A model generated the notes under the pieces. It ran no database searches. It saw nothing but the letters and a program-made list of their open reading frames with translations, and had not been told where the DNA came from. From Raillietiella orientalis (lineage: Eukaryota), in contig JAYWIR010000006.1 of NCBI GenBank assembly GCA_036172245.1, forward strand, positions 2,480,001 to 2,544,000: a stretch of 64,000 bases of DNA, read 5' to 3'. Position 1 is the first letter of the stretch, and the number at the start of each line of letters is the position of its first letter. Made by a program: the position numbers and the translations under genes. Shown piece by piece: positions 1-12,900 of the stretch.

Positions 1-3000
1 ATCGGAGGGGGTGGGAAGGGAATAACGGCGAAGCCAGGGGAGCGTCCTTTGCGCAGAAATGTGGTCAGTCGGTGTCTCTTGGTGCTTCTTCTCGGCGATG
101 GGTGCTGCTTGTTTCTCTTTCTGAGACACGCCCTGACATCTACCGGCCGCTCCGTGAGACACGGAAGCAAGCAACGGCAGCGGCGAGCCTGCGCGCAGCG
201 AAAACGTTCGGAATCAGAGCTCTTCGAGGAAGGGTGAGAGGAGCCGAGCTCGGGATGCGCCTTCACTGTGGGCTTGGGGAGGGTTTGTTTTCCTGTTGAC
301 CCTGGCTACTGGCGCGCAGCACGCACGGGAACCGCGCCAGACTGAGAGGCGACTGGGACGCCTCGCTCCTGTAGGACACCTCCGCCGACATGCCCCTTTT
401 CTCGTCTTCTCCCCCCCATCCCCACCTCACCCCTCCTCCAGATACGAATTCATTGTGGAAGCCCTCGGGTTGCGATGGCCCGGCGACGGTCACTACTATG
501 GGGAAGGAAGGAGACTGGCGCCCGCCTCGGAGCGGGAGATCGGCAAGCAGAGGAAAAGGAATGATGCGGCAAACGCGGAGAAACGGCGACGCCTCCGCGA
601 CCATTCCGTGGCACGAAGGGGGGAGTAGGGGTGGGGGAGTTCAGCTCCGGCCAGCCGAGAGATGCCCGAAGGCACACCTCCGCTCGATCCAAGAGGACTC
701 CGTTTTCAGATCTTTCGACCCCTCTCTGCTGTGCCGGCGGAACCGCGGCGCTTGTTTTCCGGGAAGGAATTCCCGGAAGAATGACGTCCATGGTAGCAGC
801 TTCCTGCATTAGCGCCACACATTGTAAGGAATTTTCTTATCGACTGTTGCATTTAATTTGCAATCCGGACTATGCACACACATTTGACCTTATGCCCTCG
901 AGAGCAGCCATCAGCACACATAGGGTGAGCTACGGAAAAAGACTTTCCCGCCTCGCCGAGTTTGCATCGTTGGGCGCCACGCTGACGTCACGGCGCCCGT
1001 CCACGGGGCGCGACTTTTCCAAACGATTCCGCGGACGCTCGTCTCCCGAAGAGAAGTCCGTCCGCAGGGAGCACAGGAGGTTTCGGCGGAAGACGCAGAA
1101 TCCTCAACGGAACTTCGTAGCCTGGAAACCGGTCGGGGTCCATCTCGTTCCTCGCTTGCTCCCGTCGCAGCTCATCGTAATGCAGGGCGAGCCGCTGACC
1201 AGCCGGCCCGCCTCGAGCCGGGCCTCGAGGCCGCACTCGAGGCGCGCCACTTCCCAGCGGCTCGCTCCGTGTCTTCGGATCGCATTGTTGGGCGCCATGT
1301 TGCTCTAGAGACGTCACGCTGACGTCACGCCGCGAAGCCGGACTTCCGGAGCGCTGCTTCCCAGTCTCTCTCCCGACATTGTGTAGCATAAAATTTTTTA
1401 ACGAGTTGATTAAACTTATTTATATCACATCTGGCATGCAATATAACATTCATAATGACGTTCTGGGAAGAAAGGCAAACGTATGCACTGATTTATGAGC
1501 ACCATAGAACATCGATTCATACGGTAGTCTTCCTGATAACGCGGGACATACGTTCCGAGCCATACATGAATAATGAGAGGCGGGCATTCATGGAAGACGC
1601 CAAATGCAACTGGCGCCATGTTATTCGCGGAAGTTTGAATGAAATAGTACTACTCAAATTACGTGCTCGCATTCTTTTAGAAGCAGGTGACACTGCGCCA
1701 CGAAGTTGAAATTCACCCGCGGCGCCCTACGCTGCAGATTTCACCCGCATTATACGAGGGTGAAATTGCGCCGCCGCCGCGCCACACTCCGAAACTTCCC
1801 GGCGGTCATTCAGCGAGAATTCAGCCCGCGGCGGCGCTGCGGCGGCGCTTTCCTTCCTCCCGCGCTCCTGAAACGTCCCTTCGAGCCCCGAAAGATCCTT
1901 TCGGGTTGCGACAGGGGCAGGAAGCAGGTCCGTTCGGAAAGCGGGGTTTGGCTCCCAGAGCTCCACAACCGCGACGCCGGCAGAGAAATTCGGGAGTGCT
2001 TTCCCGTTCTCTCTCCCCCTCCACGGCCCGTTCCCGGGGCCGCGAATCACCCTTCGAAACCTGGCAAGCGTCCCGAAGTCATCTCCAGCGCCCGCTCCGG
2101 AGGATTCTCTGCTAAGTGGGTCCTCTGGAATCTGAACGACTCCAATGGGCGTTGGGGGTGACATGAATTCCAACCAGGGGTGCGCCCCCGACGTCCTATA
2201 AAGCCACGGCTGTTTCGGCCTGCTCCACCCGTCGACCGCGAGCGGTTCGGTGGCACGGCTGCTGCCCGGGGGCGACTGAGCTAGAGGCGAGAGGATGTGC
2301 TGACAGGTGGACGTCAGGGATTTTCACTCGGAGAACCCAAAAGCACACGTGGGATTCCCGGTTCAGCCCTTTCGTTTTGGATTCGTTCCTGCCTCTCTCC
2401 ACGCTCTTCGCGTATTCGTCCCTCGGCTGCCTCCCTCTCAGCTCTGCGGAGGCGCGCCCGACCTATCCCTTGCCTGCTCGAAGGCTGACCGCCGAGTCAT
2501 CCCTTATGGTCCGTGGAATCCACCCGTCCGCTTGCGCGCTTCTTACACTCTGGAGAGGAATCCCCCGAGGGCGTGTCAACCAGCTCCGAGGTAAGCGATG
2601 GAGGGAGGGCTCCGTTTTCACAACGGGAGGGGAAGCCACTCAATGGGGGCATCCAATTTTCGGTTTCCACCAGCGCCGCCCCGGCATTGAAGCTGCTTCG
2701 CTGGGGCTTCCCGTGCAACGCCGCCCGACATCTGTGGACATGGAATGTGTGTGGACCCAAACTGTGCAAGGTGGGGAAATCCCTCCTGCACCTCCTATTG
2801 GACTGTGTTGCCCCCCGGCCCCTTTAGGGACGCTTCGCCGCGACCCTTGGAACCCCCGGCAGCAATCCCGGAGACGCTTTAAAGCGCCTCTTCCTGCTCA
2901 ACACCCTCGCGCCGGTCACATCCCCAGCAGCACTTTGCTGCCCACGCGGCGGGACCGCGGCTGCATGGAGCAGCGCCAGAGGCCAGTATGACAGGGATAT

Positions 3001-4380
3001 CTTCTACTTTGCTGTCCACTTCATGGGGGCAGCATCAAGATGACCACATCTGGGGAATCTTGGAACAGGAATTTTCCGGCATTCTTACAAGGATTCAGAG
3101 GACATCCTCCAGCATACAGTGATCTCTTCTCGAACCCCCCCCCCTTTCTTCCTTTTTTTTTGACTGCATGTTTCTTGTTTTTTTGTTTGTCTCCCCTTCC
3201 CCTGTGCTGCCGAGGCGAATCCCTCTGGCTTGCGTGCCGCTTCCCGGCAGGTTCCTTCTCGTAGTTATAAGTTATGTGGCAGGATCAATCGTCCTGACAC
3301 AGACGTGCGTTTATTTTATAAGTAAACGTCTCGATGTGACCGGGTGTCAACCAGTGTCGTACCCGAAGCCTACAAGGTCAACCAGCGGCATTCTGGGGGG
3401 AGGGGGAAATCGAAACCCATAATGCCTCCCATTTCTCGGCGTCAATCCTTTCCCAGGCGGGGGTTCGAATGGAGAGCGTGCATTATTCTTGGGGTCAAAT
3501 CCGCATTCGAATGGAGATGAAGTTGGAAAGCGCTTCGCTTCGGAGACCGCAGCCACGCGCGGTTGCCAGCCCAGCCTCCGACGACTGTGAGCTTGGCGTT
3601 GTCGTACGCGCGAAAGCAACCGGCTATCTTGTGGGACGTTGGTCGAAGTGACGACCCACAAGACGCCTATTTCAGCTAACGAGAGTGTATAGCTGGCAGC
3701 CCTGGCTTGTTGCTAGTCGGCAGCGATGGATGTCCATCGAGCATAGCTGACTGGACTTTTGCATTCAGGGGCAAGACCACGCCCCAAAAGTATCCATGGT
3801 GATGCCTTTCTTGCCGTGGGAACTTCGTCATCGCAGCGTGGTCTGTTCTTCGACCATCATACGTTCCTCCGATTCAATTTCCTCTCTTCTTCCTTTCTTT
3901 TCTTTTCTTTTTTTTCTAATCCGGGAAGTTCCGGATTCCCTTTCCTCCCCTTTCCCATCCTTGAAAGCGTCTTCCGGGATTTTCGACAGGAACGAACGCG
4001 CTTCCAGCGTCTTTGATTTTTGGGCCCTATCGCTCCCTACCACGTGGAAGCGCAGTCGGCTCAGCTCCACTCGGGATGGTTCGAGAACGAACCTCCGCCT
4101 CTTCCACGACCTCCGCTTACCGGGGATGGAAGCCTCGCAGAGCGAACCTGGAAGGGCCTCCTCTCCCCCCATGAGGAAGGCGATCTCTTGGACAGGATCA
4201 CCGTATCACCGGGAACGTGAACCTTTACACGAGCACGCATGTTTCCTCGAAGGACTCCCGCGGGTAGAGTTTTCGCCCTGCCTCTTCCGTCGGCCTCCGC
4301 CCCACGCGCCTCGCAGTCTGGCGCAAGGAGCGGACGGGAAAGCACCGGCCTTGCCGCGCGCGCGGGGACTGCCCACTCAC

Positions 4381-4484
4381 CTGCCCGAGGCGAAAGCCGT
4401 CCCGTTGGCGGTCCCGAAGCACGAGATGGCCACCAGCACAGGAATCATCACCGCTAGGGAGACGTGTATCTTCGACGCGAAGGT
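4381..4484 (-). CDS. SLC7A9: SLC7 transporter coding exon 8 (remaining exons not found in window)
   Basis: TFASKIHVSLAVMIPVLVAISCFGTANGTAFASG(R), TM8 P..VAxSxFGxANG...xGR; cgtag acceptor and gtgagt donor; 104 bp, phase 0-2. The eight exons total 926 nt (308 codons plus 2 nt). Confidence 0.95.
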
Positions 4485-5068
4485 CTACGACAGTACATTG
4501 GCAGAGCACACTTTGAGGAGGGGGAGGGGGGCGCTTGCCGTGAGCAGGGGGAAGAGGCGCTCAAGAAAAAATGAGACGGGTTTCTGGGCGGAAACCGCAA
4601 GCGACTTCTGGAATCGGTCGGTCTTCCCGCTTCCGGGCCGAGCGCTGCGCTCCTTCCCGGAGGTCAGGCAACGCCGGTCGGGCAGCGTGCAAGAAACAAA
4701 CAACCTCTTGAGCGACCGTGCATATCCATCCACATGGAGCTCGTCAAGCACATCAATATGCGAGACTGTCCCCGTTTTTAGTCAATCATCTTTCGTTGCT
4801 AAGCATCAGAGGCACAAATGCAACTGCGCCCTTTTTTTTTAAAACAAAAAAAAATTATCTCACTCTTTTACGATCTTTCACCTTCCATGCATGCTTTAAA
4901 CGTAACTCTTTAAAATCAGAGTGAGATCTGGAACAAGAGGATGCTGCAAACGAAACATTTAAACTCTTGCAATCCTTTCATTCATCGCATTAAAACAGCG
5001 AGCTGACCTACCGGAGCTTGAGGTGACAGGGAAGAAGTTCAAGGGCAATATAATGACGTGTACTGTAC

Positions 5069-5192
5069 CACTGCCACGGTTTCCGATTGATAGATTTCCT
5101 CCGGAGTCAACACAGCTAAATATGCTACGTTTACTAGAGTGTAGCACAGAATTACCAGAGGCATTCCAAGATACACAGAGCGTGGAAGGTTT
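5069..5192 (-). CDS. SLC7A9: SLC7 transporter coding exon 7
   Basis: (K)NLPRSVYLGMPLVILCYTLVNVAYLAVLTPEEIYQSETVAV; NLPR...YxLxNVAY...SxAVAV pattern; tttag acceptor and gtaca donor; 124 bp, phase 2-0. Confidence 0.95.
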
Positions 5193-5934
5193 CTAAATGC
5201 AAACAACAAGACAAGGATCAATATCATGGAACATGATGCAGAAGTGCGGATGAGATTTCAAGTTTCATTGCGTTTTGAGTCTCTTTAAGCACACCGTTTG
5301 CTTGCAGCTTGCAGGTCTTTCCGGTCGCTAGAAAAACTCGGGTTCATTCATGGATTCAGGCGGCACTTGGACGCAGCAGCAAGAAAGGGGAGGCGGAAGA
5401 ACAAAAGGGAAAGCACCGAAAATTTCTCGCTTCTGTTCTCATCGCCCCTTCGACGTTCAAGACGGTCTAGACAGACTGTCTGTCGATTTCCCAACTTCGT
5501 TGAGAAAGTCGCGCGCGAGGAGGACAACTTCGGACCGTGTCCGCTCTTTTCGTGGACGGCGAACGAGCACGGAAACGTTGAGGAATCGCTGCGAGCAGTT
5601 CCAGAAGGGGGAGGAGGAAGGAGGCACAACCCCCTTCCCGCCCACCCCCTTCCCTTTTTCGAAAAGTCGTGCTGTAGCAGCAGCACCCCCTCCGTCCCGC
5701 AAGCTCCGCGGAACTCGCCGCGGCGACGGAGCCGCCGAGCGCGAAGATGGAGCAGCATCAGCAGCAGTCAGTCAGTCGCGCGGAAGAGCGAAACTCGGGC
5801 GGGAGTCTCGTCTGCCCTTCGCCACAGCTCCCTTACCGGACAAAACCGAGCACTTCCGGTGCATGTGAAACATGGAGAAACGAACAAGGATTGAATGACA
5901 AGCAGCGTTTACAGAAGGAACCAGATTTACTCAC

Positions 5935-5979
5935 TTTTCTGGACGCTCCAGCTCTTCCATAACGTAAGCCAGCTGATTC
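5935..5979 (-). CDS. SLC7A9: SLC7 transporter coding exon 6 (45 bp)
   Basis: (W)NQLAYVMEELERPE(K), equivalent to WNQLNYxTEELxNP; long T tract plus atag acceptor and gtgagt donor; phase 2-2, joins exons 5 and 7 in frame. Not translated in this frame in the ORF track. Confidence 0.93.
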
Positions 5980-6542
5980 CTATAAAAAAACAACAACAAA
6001 AAAAAAAAAAGAAAGGTGAATTTTTTTTATTTTTCTGAAAGGTCCTTCCGTGCGTCTTCATCATCGGAAGAAACCGACAACATTTGCAAAAACTGAAGCA
6101 CGAACGAGGGTAACAAGCATTCGCGAGGGTTGAAGGGGGGTGAGGAACGCCATTCTGCTTGTTAACACGGAACGGTGAACCGCAACCCGCGGTCCCAGAG
6201 AATCTGGCGAACAGACTCCAGTCGCACCTTGAAAGAAGTGGAAACTCTCTGGATCCCAAAACCGAATGATAGCGGAAAGAGCTCTTGAAAGTGATCAGGA
6301 GCCTCAACCCATCTCGACAGATTGCCAAACGGTTCAGGGAGAGACGAATTTACAATCCGTCAATCAGAGGAATGCGTCCGTGGAAAGAAGAAGGAAAGAG
6401 AGAGAGAGAGAGGGAGGGAGAGATGATGAGGAGGAGACTGGCGCTTTGAGCGGCGGTGCAACACGGAAGAGAACTGTTCCCAGACTCTGAAACCTCTGCG
6501 GAGTTCGTCGCAGTCGTATTAAGCGCTTAAGCATCAACTTAC

Positions 6543-6642
6543 CAACCGTCATAGGACCACAGCCCGCCATAGAAGGCTTGAATACCGCTACTGATGGAAG
6601 TCGTACTTCCCTTAAAACCAGTTCTTAGGTTTTCCGTTTTTC
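6543..6642 (-). CDS. SLC7A9: SLC7 transporter coding exon 5
   Basis: (G)KTENLRTGFKGSTTSISSGIQAFYGGLWSYDG(W); TM6 FYxGLWxYDGW signature of b(0,+)AT-type members; aaag acceptor and gtaag donor; 100 bp, phase 1-2. Confidence 0.95.
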
Positions 6643-6720
6643 CTTTTCGAAAACAACAGAGAAACAAATTTACTAACCTGATCTGCTGCATCTTTACATG
6701 TATAAAGAATGAAACTTCAC

Positions 6721-6846
6721 CTGAAAATACCATGAACAATCCTGCGAACATGATTACGAAAACGGCCATCAACTTGCTAACAGTGAAAATCTTCTGGATC
6801 CTAGTCGACAGTTTCAAGCTCCAACAATTGTTGAAAGTTACCAACG
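6721..6846 (-). CDS. SLC7A9: SLC7 transporter coding exon 4
   Basis: (A)LVTFNNCWSLKLSTRIQKIFTVSKLMAVFVIMFAGLFMVFS; matches the TFxNCxSVK..TRxQxxFT..K pattern; ctaag acceptor and gtgaag donor; 126 bp. Confidence 0.95.
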
Positions 6847-9389
6847 CTTAGATGAGATGAATTTAATAGGTTTGTCGTGTACAAAGAAAAGCATACTTCT
6901 TCCATCTATCACTTAACAATCAGCATCATGTACAAGGCGCGCTGCTCGCGTCAGCAGCACGCCACTTGCTTACATCCCGACACAAAATGTACATGCCAAA
7001 AAAAAAAAAAAAGGGAAAATTCGACGAACGTTGCGAATTGATGGTGCACCCGGCAAGGGACTTTCTGCGCATGAATCGGGAACATCGCGAAACTCCTGAG
7101 AGCGCCAACTCGCCGGAGTCGGGGACGTCGCGAGGCCACGCGCTCGGATCCCTCCCTCACGATAGCGAGGATGGAAGACGCGAGATCGACCACAAGCGGA
7201 GGCTCAACAGACGTCCAGAAGAGTGCTCGGAGTCGGAGTAACTTTCGGAAGCAAAGAACGAGGAAAGTCGGCGCTAAGACAAGATGCATCGCGGCATGCT
7301 TTTTGTTGTTGTTGCTGTTGTTGATGATGAAGACGATTTGGTGCTGCTGCTACGGAAATCTCCGATCTGGAAGCAAAATGCAAGAACCATTATTTTATGG
7401 ATCGCATTCCCGGAGAAGGGCGAAAAGGAGGCAAGCGATCCCGCTACACAAGCTTCAGAATTCTGGAATCGAGACGGAATCGATAGACAGCATTCTTCGG
7501 GCCGGTCTGGACACGTCCAAACAAAAGAGCTCGAGTTTGAGGTACTTGCCGAGGTCTCTGAGCAAAGTAATCAGCGTGAAGTGAAGAGTCAGCTGAGAAG
7601 GTGAGACCTCCACGCGAGACACTGCAAAACAAGGGGATTCATCGATGGCCAAAAACCCCCAACGCCTCGCCCTCTCTTAATCATCAAACGAACCAATCGC
7701 AAACGTCAACAGCCCCCGTGTACGGCACACGTTCTAAGAAACACCCTATTTGGTCGTCTTCTTGAAAAGACGGACTCCGCCTCCACCGCCGGGTTGTGCT
7801 TCCGGAGCGGAATTCCCGCTCTTCGAAACGGTAATACGCGTAGAGGTTCCCGAAGGGCGGAAGTCCGGCTGGTGACCGACCACACCACGCAGACAACCAC
7901 ACAGGACGCTCTCCGTAAAGCGACGATAAAGTAGCACGCACCAGAGGTGATCACCAAACTCTCAGGTGGGTCTCGGCACCTGCTGATCTTGGCGTTCGGT
8001 TCCGCCCACGTGCCGTGAAACAAACAAACAGAATTGAAACGAAATAGAATGCCGTAAAACCTCGCCATTTGGGCGCGCAGGCCTCCAGATTGCTACGAAA
8101 CACTCCCGATGATTTCCACCGCCGGTAACGAAGGTCATTTCGGTTAACGCCTTGTCCGTTGCACGAGGCACTTAGGGGCAAGGGTGAAGGGCCACCTTTG
8201 AGGAGGAAAGCTCCCCGGTACAAGATCACAGGGGTTCGAGTTGCTGTCTCTTTAACCGTGCGAAGGTGACGGATTCCTTTCCCGGATGTTTGTTGATGTT
8301 CAGACCGGTGCCGTCCAAGAAATCACAAGAGAAACGCTGTCGACGAATTCCTAGATCTGGTTCCCGAACAGGCGGAAATTTCCGGTTCGAGGAATCGGAC
8401 ACCCGACAGCTCGCAGAGGTCCACGGCGCCCCCCCTCTCCAAGTTGAAGATGCCATCTGGAGCCTCGCAAGCACTGCATGGAGGCCACCGAGGCGCGTCC
8501 GAGACCTCTTGCCTACAGCGACCCGGAACACGTGCATCTTTGGAAGGAAAGAGCTGCTCCGCGTGCGTTGCACCTTGAGCAAAGGATCTGGGGTGCGCTT
8601 GTCGCTCGTTTCGATAAGTGGGCTGGATTTCGCCAACAGCGAGCCCATCCTCTGCAGCGATCACAAATTTCTAATAAGGAGCAGCTCAATGTGTTTTGCC
8701 TCCTTCCTGAGAGGAATTTCGATCTCCCCGTCCCTCGAATAAACGGGACAGGAAATCACCCGAAAGAGAGCGTGTCAAGGCAACCAACATGATGGATTTA
8801 TCGACCGAAAGTTAAAGGAACCCTTCCCAGCCACAATGCAAATGTGCTCGATTTTTCTCAAGAGAATTCGCCAAGAGTGTGGAGCCATCCCCTCGTAGAA
8901 AGGCTCGGCCAGAAGCTTCCTGCTTCCCCGTTTTCGCTTTGTCCGCTTCGTGCCGTGGAGCGCTAGTGCAAACCATAATGGCAAATTGGATTCACCACAC
9001 ACGAGGAAATGTCGAAACGCAGTAAAAATCAAGGAAGCGGGGGAAGGCTTCCCTCCGGACGGACGGCACTGGTGTGTGTGCGATGTGTGTGTGTTTTTTT
9101 CTTTGCCCCGATAAGTGGAAGAGGCTGAGCGGAAGAGGAAGCCTCCGGAGAACTTGGGTTCCTGTCATGAAATGTCGCGGCAATCTGTGGTTAAGGAAGA
9201 ACTCGTTCCGGGAGTGCGGGTCCCTCAAGTGCAACGGGCGGCGTGCAAGAAGCACAGCCGCCACCGGTTCAGCACGCGGTAGAACTGTTAAAACAAAGAG
9301 AGTCCTCCTTCACTTCCGAGCGATGCAATGGGCAAATTTTGCAAAGAAAAACTGAAGGTACGGAAGACAAGTTTCTATGCAGCACATAC

Positions 9390-9632
9390 CTATACAAAGA
9401 ACGCATAATATTTTCACTTGGAGATCCTGGTCACAAGCGTGGCTGCTGATCCCTAGGACAACGTACTCGGCGAACGTGAGGCAGACAATGGCCAAGGTCG
9501 CTGATTTCACCAGAAATACGCTGATCCAGGCTATCATGTATGCAGGAAAAGGACCGAAAGCTGCAACGCAGTAGCTGTATTCTCCTCCGGAAAGAGGTAT
9601 TGCTAGTCCCAATTCGACATAGCACAAGGACG
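9390..9632 (-). CDS. SLC7A9: SLC7 transporter coding exon 3
   Basis: (A)SLCYVELGLAIPLSGGEYSYCVAAFGPFPAYMIAWISVFLVKSATLAIVCLTFAEYVVLGISSHACDQDLQVKILCVLCI; LCYxELG..SGGEYxY motif; ttttcag acceptor and gtatg donor; 243 bp, phase 1-1. Confidence 0.96.
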
Positions 9633-9889
9633 CTGAAAATCGACACTTTTTTTTGAAAAACAAACAAACTTTAAAACACATCATTCTCAATCAACGACTG
9701 ATTGGTGGTCACACACGCTGGGGGCTAAGCGAAATTTGCGCGAGAAAACATTCAGCTTATCGCAACGCGATACGCTGAATCCGCTGTGGAAACATCGGAA
9801 GACATGGATCGAAAGTTTCATGTCTTTCGTATCCGAAGCGCTTAGGGCGGTTGGTCAGCGTTCCTTCGAAAGCTGCACGGAGGGCTTAC

Positions 9890-9991
9890 CGAGCATGCAG
9901 AAGATCCCGCAGAGTGGCCATATGATGAGCGTCAGGGCGACGGACCCAGTCCTTTCCAAAACGGACTTGGCAGACACGAAAATTCCCGAAC
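9890..9991 (-). CDS. SLC7A9: SLC7 transporter coding exon 2
   Basis: (G)SGIFVSAKSVLERTGSVALTLIIWPLCGIFCML; contains the GSGIF signature; ttgcag acceptor and gtaag donor; 102 bp, phase 1-1. Confidence 0.95.
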
Positions 9992-12900
9992 CTGCAATGC
10001 ACCACAAAAATTCAGATCCCATGGGCAGAAGCCGGGAGATTCCCGCAAGCACGGTCCGCACCTAGCGACAGGTCGGTGGTCTTGAGAAGGAGGGTCCACT
10101 TTTAACAGGAGTGTGATTAAAGATTAGCAGGGGTTCTGTGGACCTCTGGTGAAGAGTGTGCGATCGAGATAAATTCAAGGAACGGACACCGTTCGCTGGT
10201 GGTGACGTCATCACTCACCGTACACCTCTCTCGCGATGCGATCGCCGCCGGAAAGCACACCCATTCCTTTCGACATCACCGCGGACAGGAACGCAGGTTT
10301 CGCGTTGAAGAGCACATAGCGAGAGGTCACGAGAAAAACTCAAGCGGGAAAGCATCAAGGAGGGAAAGCCTTTTCACTTTTCCCGGGAACAAGCAGTCCT
10401 TAAACGGGAGCTGAATCCAGGCATCCTAAGAGGCAAGCTCTCAGGAAAAGCGGCAAGGATCTGTGCGAACAGAGGACGACATTCCAAGCTTCTCTACATG
10501 ACTCTTTCTTGCCAAAAACACCGCAGAGGAACTCTGAGACCACGAATAACATTCTCGTAAGGACTCGCGCCAGTGATATCTCACGCATTATAGGAAGTGG
10601 ACGATCCAAACAAGGAAAATCGGGCGGATCTCATATCGTACCACGTGTTCTGTTTCGCTGCCTAATTCTAAACATCTAGAAACAAGATGATTTTGACCTC
10701 TCAGTTGTGCCCGACGCTCGACTACTACTGCTAAATTCCAAATGCCGATCCTTGATTCCCATAGACAAGTTTCAAAGCTGTGGCAAACTTCGGACCACTG
10801 TTCGATAAGTACGCGTTTGCCATGGAAACGCGTATTGCTAAGTGTGTTTGCGAAACCGCGGAAACTGACTGGAACAGCAGGACGTGGCCGAATGAATCAA
10901 CAGTACACGAGGTGACGAAATCGCAATTGAATTAAAGAAGGATGAGAGGAGCGACAAAACCCTCAACTGGGATGTTAGCCCCCACGAAACGCGCCTGACA
11001 GTGGCAGACAGTGTCATCGGAAAACGGTTCCCCTGATGTTGCCAAAGAATCATCCGTGGTAGTGGGCACGGGTCATGCCTGGCACTGGGAATTCTGCGTC
11101 CGTCCCATCGTACTTGGACCCACTTTCGACTGCTTCGTAAACTTTCAAGCTTTGGGGGGACAAGCAGCAGTGGCGCAGAGGAAAGTCAGACAACAACCTT
11201 GACCAGGGACTGGCTCGTAAGAAATAAAGCAAAGCGTGCAATGCAGGGAGGCAGTGGGTTGGTAAAGGAGCTGGAGATCGACTGTGAGCGTGCTGCCAGG
11301 GAGCGAACTCTTTACAGTCCATCAAAAACTTCAAAAGCAAAGAAGAAAAGAGCATTTCTTTTTTTTTTCAAGAGCCGAGAAAAAGCTCTCTCTTTGGCAT
11401 GGATTAGGGAGCACAAGATTGATGGAAAAAGCAAATAGGGAGTGGCAAGCTGAGGGACGCTACTACGGAAAAGGTGCCCGAGAATACCTCAGTACGAGTA
11501 TGGCATCCTGCTGCATCATAAGATGTGCATAATCAGAAGAGAAACCATTTTTTATGACGTTCATGGACTCTGCAGGAGTTTTTACTTGTCAAGATCAGAG
11601 CAGCGTAAGAAAAATCAATAAGAAAAAACCGTCCTTCGATGCGGAAGCTTTGAGCATGCTTAAGATTTGTGTGAAAGATTCGCATGTCGGAAATCTGAAT
11701 GATCTTACAAATCAAAGTGCACTTGAGAGCCCAAATGATGTGTCCTCGCCATTTGGGCGGCTGCGACGTACAATCTTCTGGGCTTCTTAAGCACTGCTCC
11801 TATTATTATAATTTTTTTATTCTTTTGAACCTTGGTTTCGCCCGTGGTTCACGACCATGAAATTCTCATCTTCCTTTCTCATATCCTTCCATCTTATATC
11901 CTTGTCGAAGAGATGTAATCCCTTGCTCACAAATAATCTGACCCTTTGACTTGAACTGGGACGCTTCTAAACTACTGCGCCCCGCTTTTGCATCTTTTGT
12001 GTTTACAGGTCACCTTGACCACCGGCATTGTCCTTCCTTCACTGTTCCCATGGCATCTCGCAGAAATGAAGCCAACCTTTATCATCTGGCGTACCTTGGA
12101 AGCGAGCTCTCCCTCTCATCTGGTATCCCAAGAGAGCAGTACCGAGTGGTCGCCCAACCACTCAGGGACGGTTCCTCCAGCACGACTTCATCGATCCTCA
12201 GCTCGGCATTTTTTTTATTACTTTCATTCCTCGAACGTCACATAAATCGAATAAGGAAAATTCTTGAAGGCAGAAGCGAGTCTGCTGGGCTCAAGAGGTG
12301 ACATAATCCCCGAAACTGACGCAAGGAAAGGCTGCTTAGGCTATGCTTCTCTGGTTTCAAGATCGGCCTCCCCTGATGTGAAGAATGGCATTCGATGAAC
12401 GTCTTATTCTGTCTCTTCAAACTCGAAAACGGAACGTTCATTCCCACTTTTTTTTTTTCTTCCCCCCTCCCCCCCCTCTCCCCCGATAAACTTTGGAATC
12501 CGTTTTCGTTGAGCAGTTATCTTGGGTCGCGAAGCCGCTCCTGTTAACACATTTCTTGGTTACGTATACCTCGTTAAGAACCCAACGTTTTGAGTCTTTC
12601 ACCACTCACCTCGTTTTTGACTGAACGCCTGAACATGGCCAAATTTACCTATGCATACATACGTATACGACTCTGCTCGCCGTAAGACTTATGGTAACCC
12701 TGAATTTTCGGCTGTGAGGAAGAAATGTTGAAAAAACTCGTAAGCAAGTACCACCGCAAGTACGGATACGAATTCATACGAGGCCATCCGAAAGAAGAAG
12801 TTCGTCTGAAAGAATATGAGGACGCTCAAGTTCTTGCCGATGAATAAAGGAAGCAAGGAGAGAACGACAAGTAGGCAACCCATTCAGCTCACTCACACGG

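Noticed and set aside
3796..4842. 348 aa plus-strand ORF
   Set aside because: Antisense shadow of SLC7 exon 8 plus GC-rich intron; includes translated T tracts.
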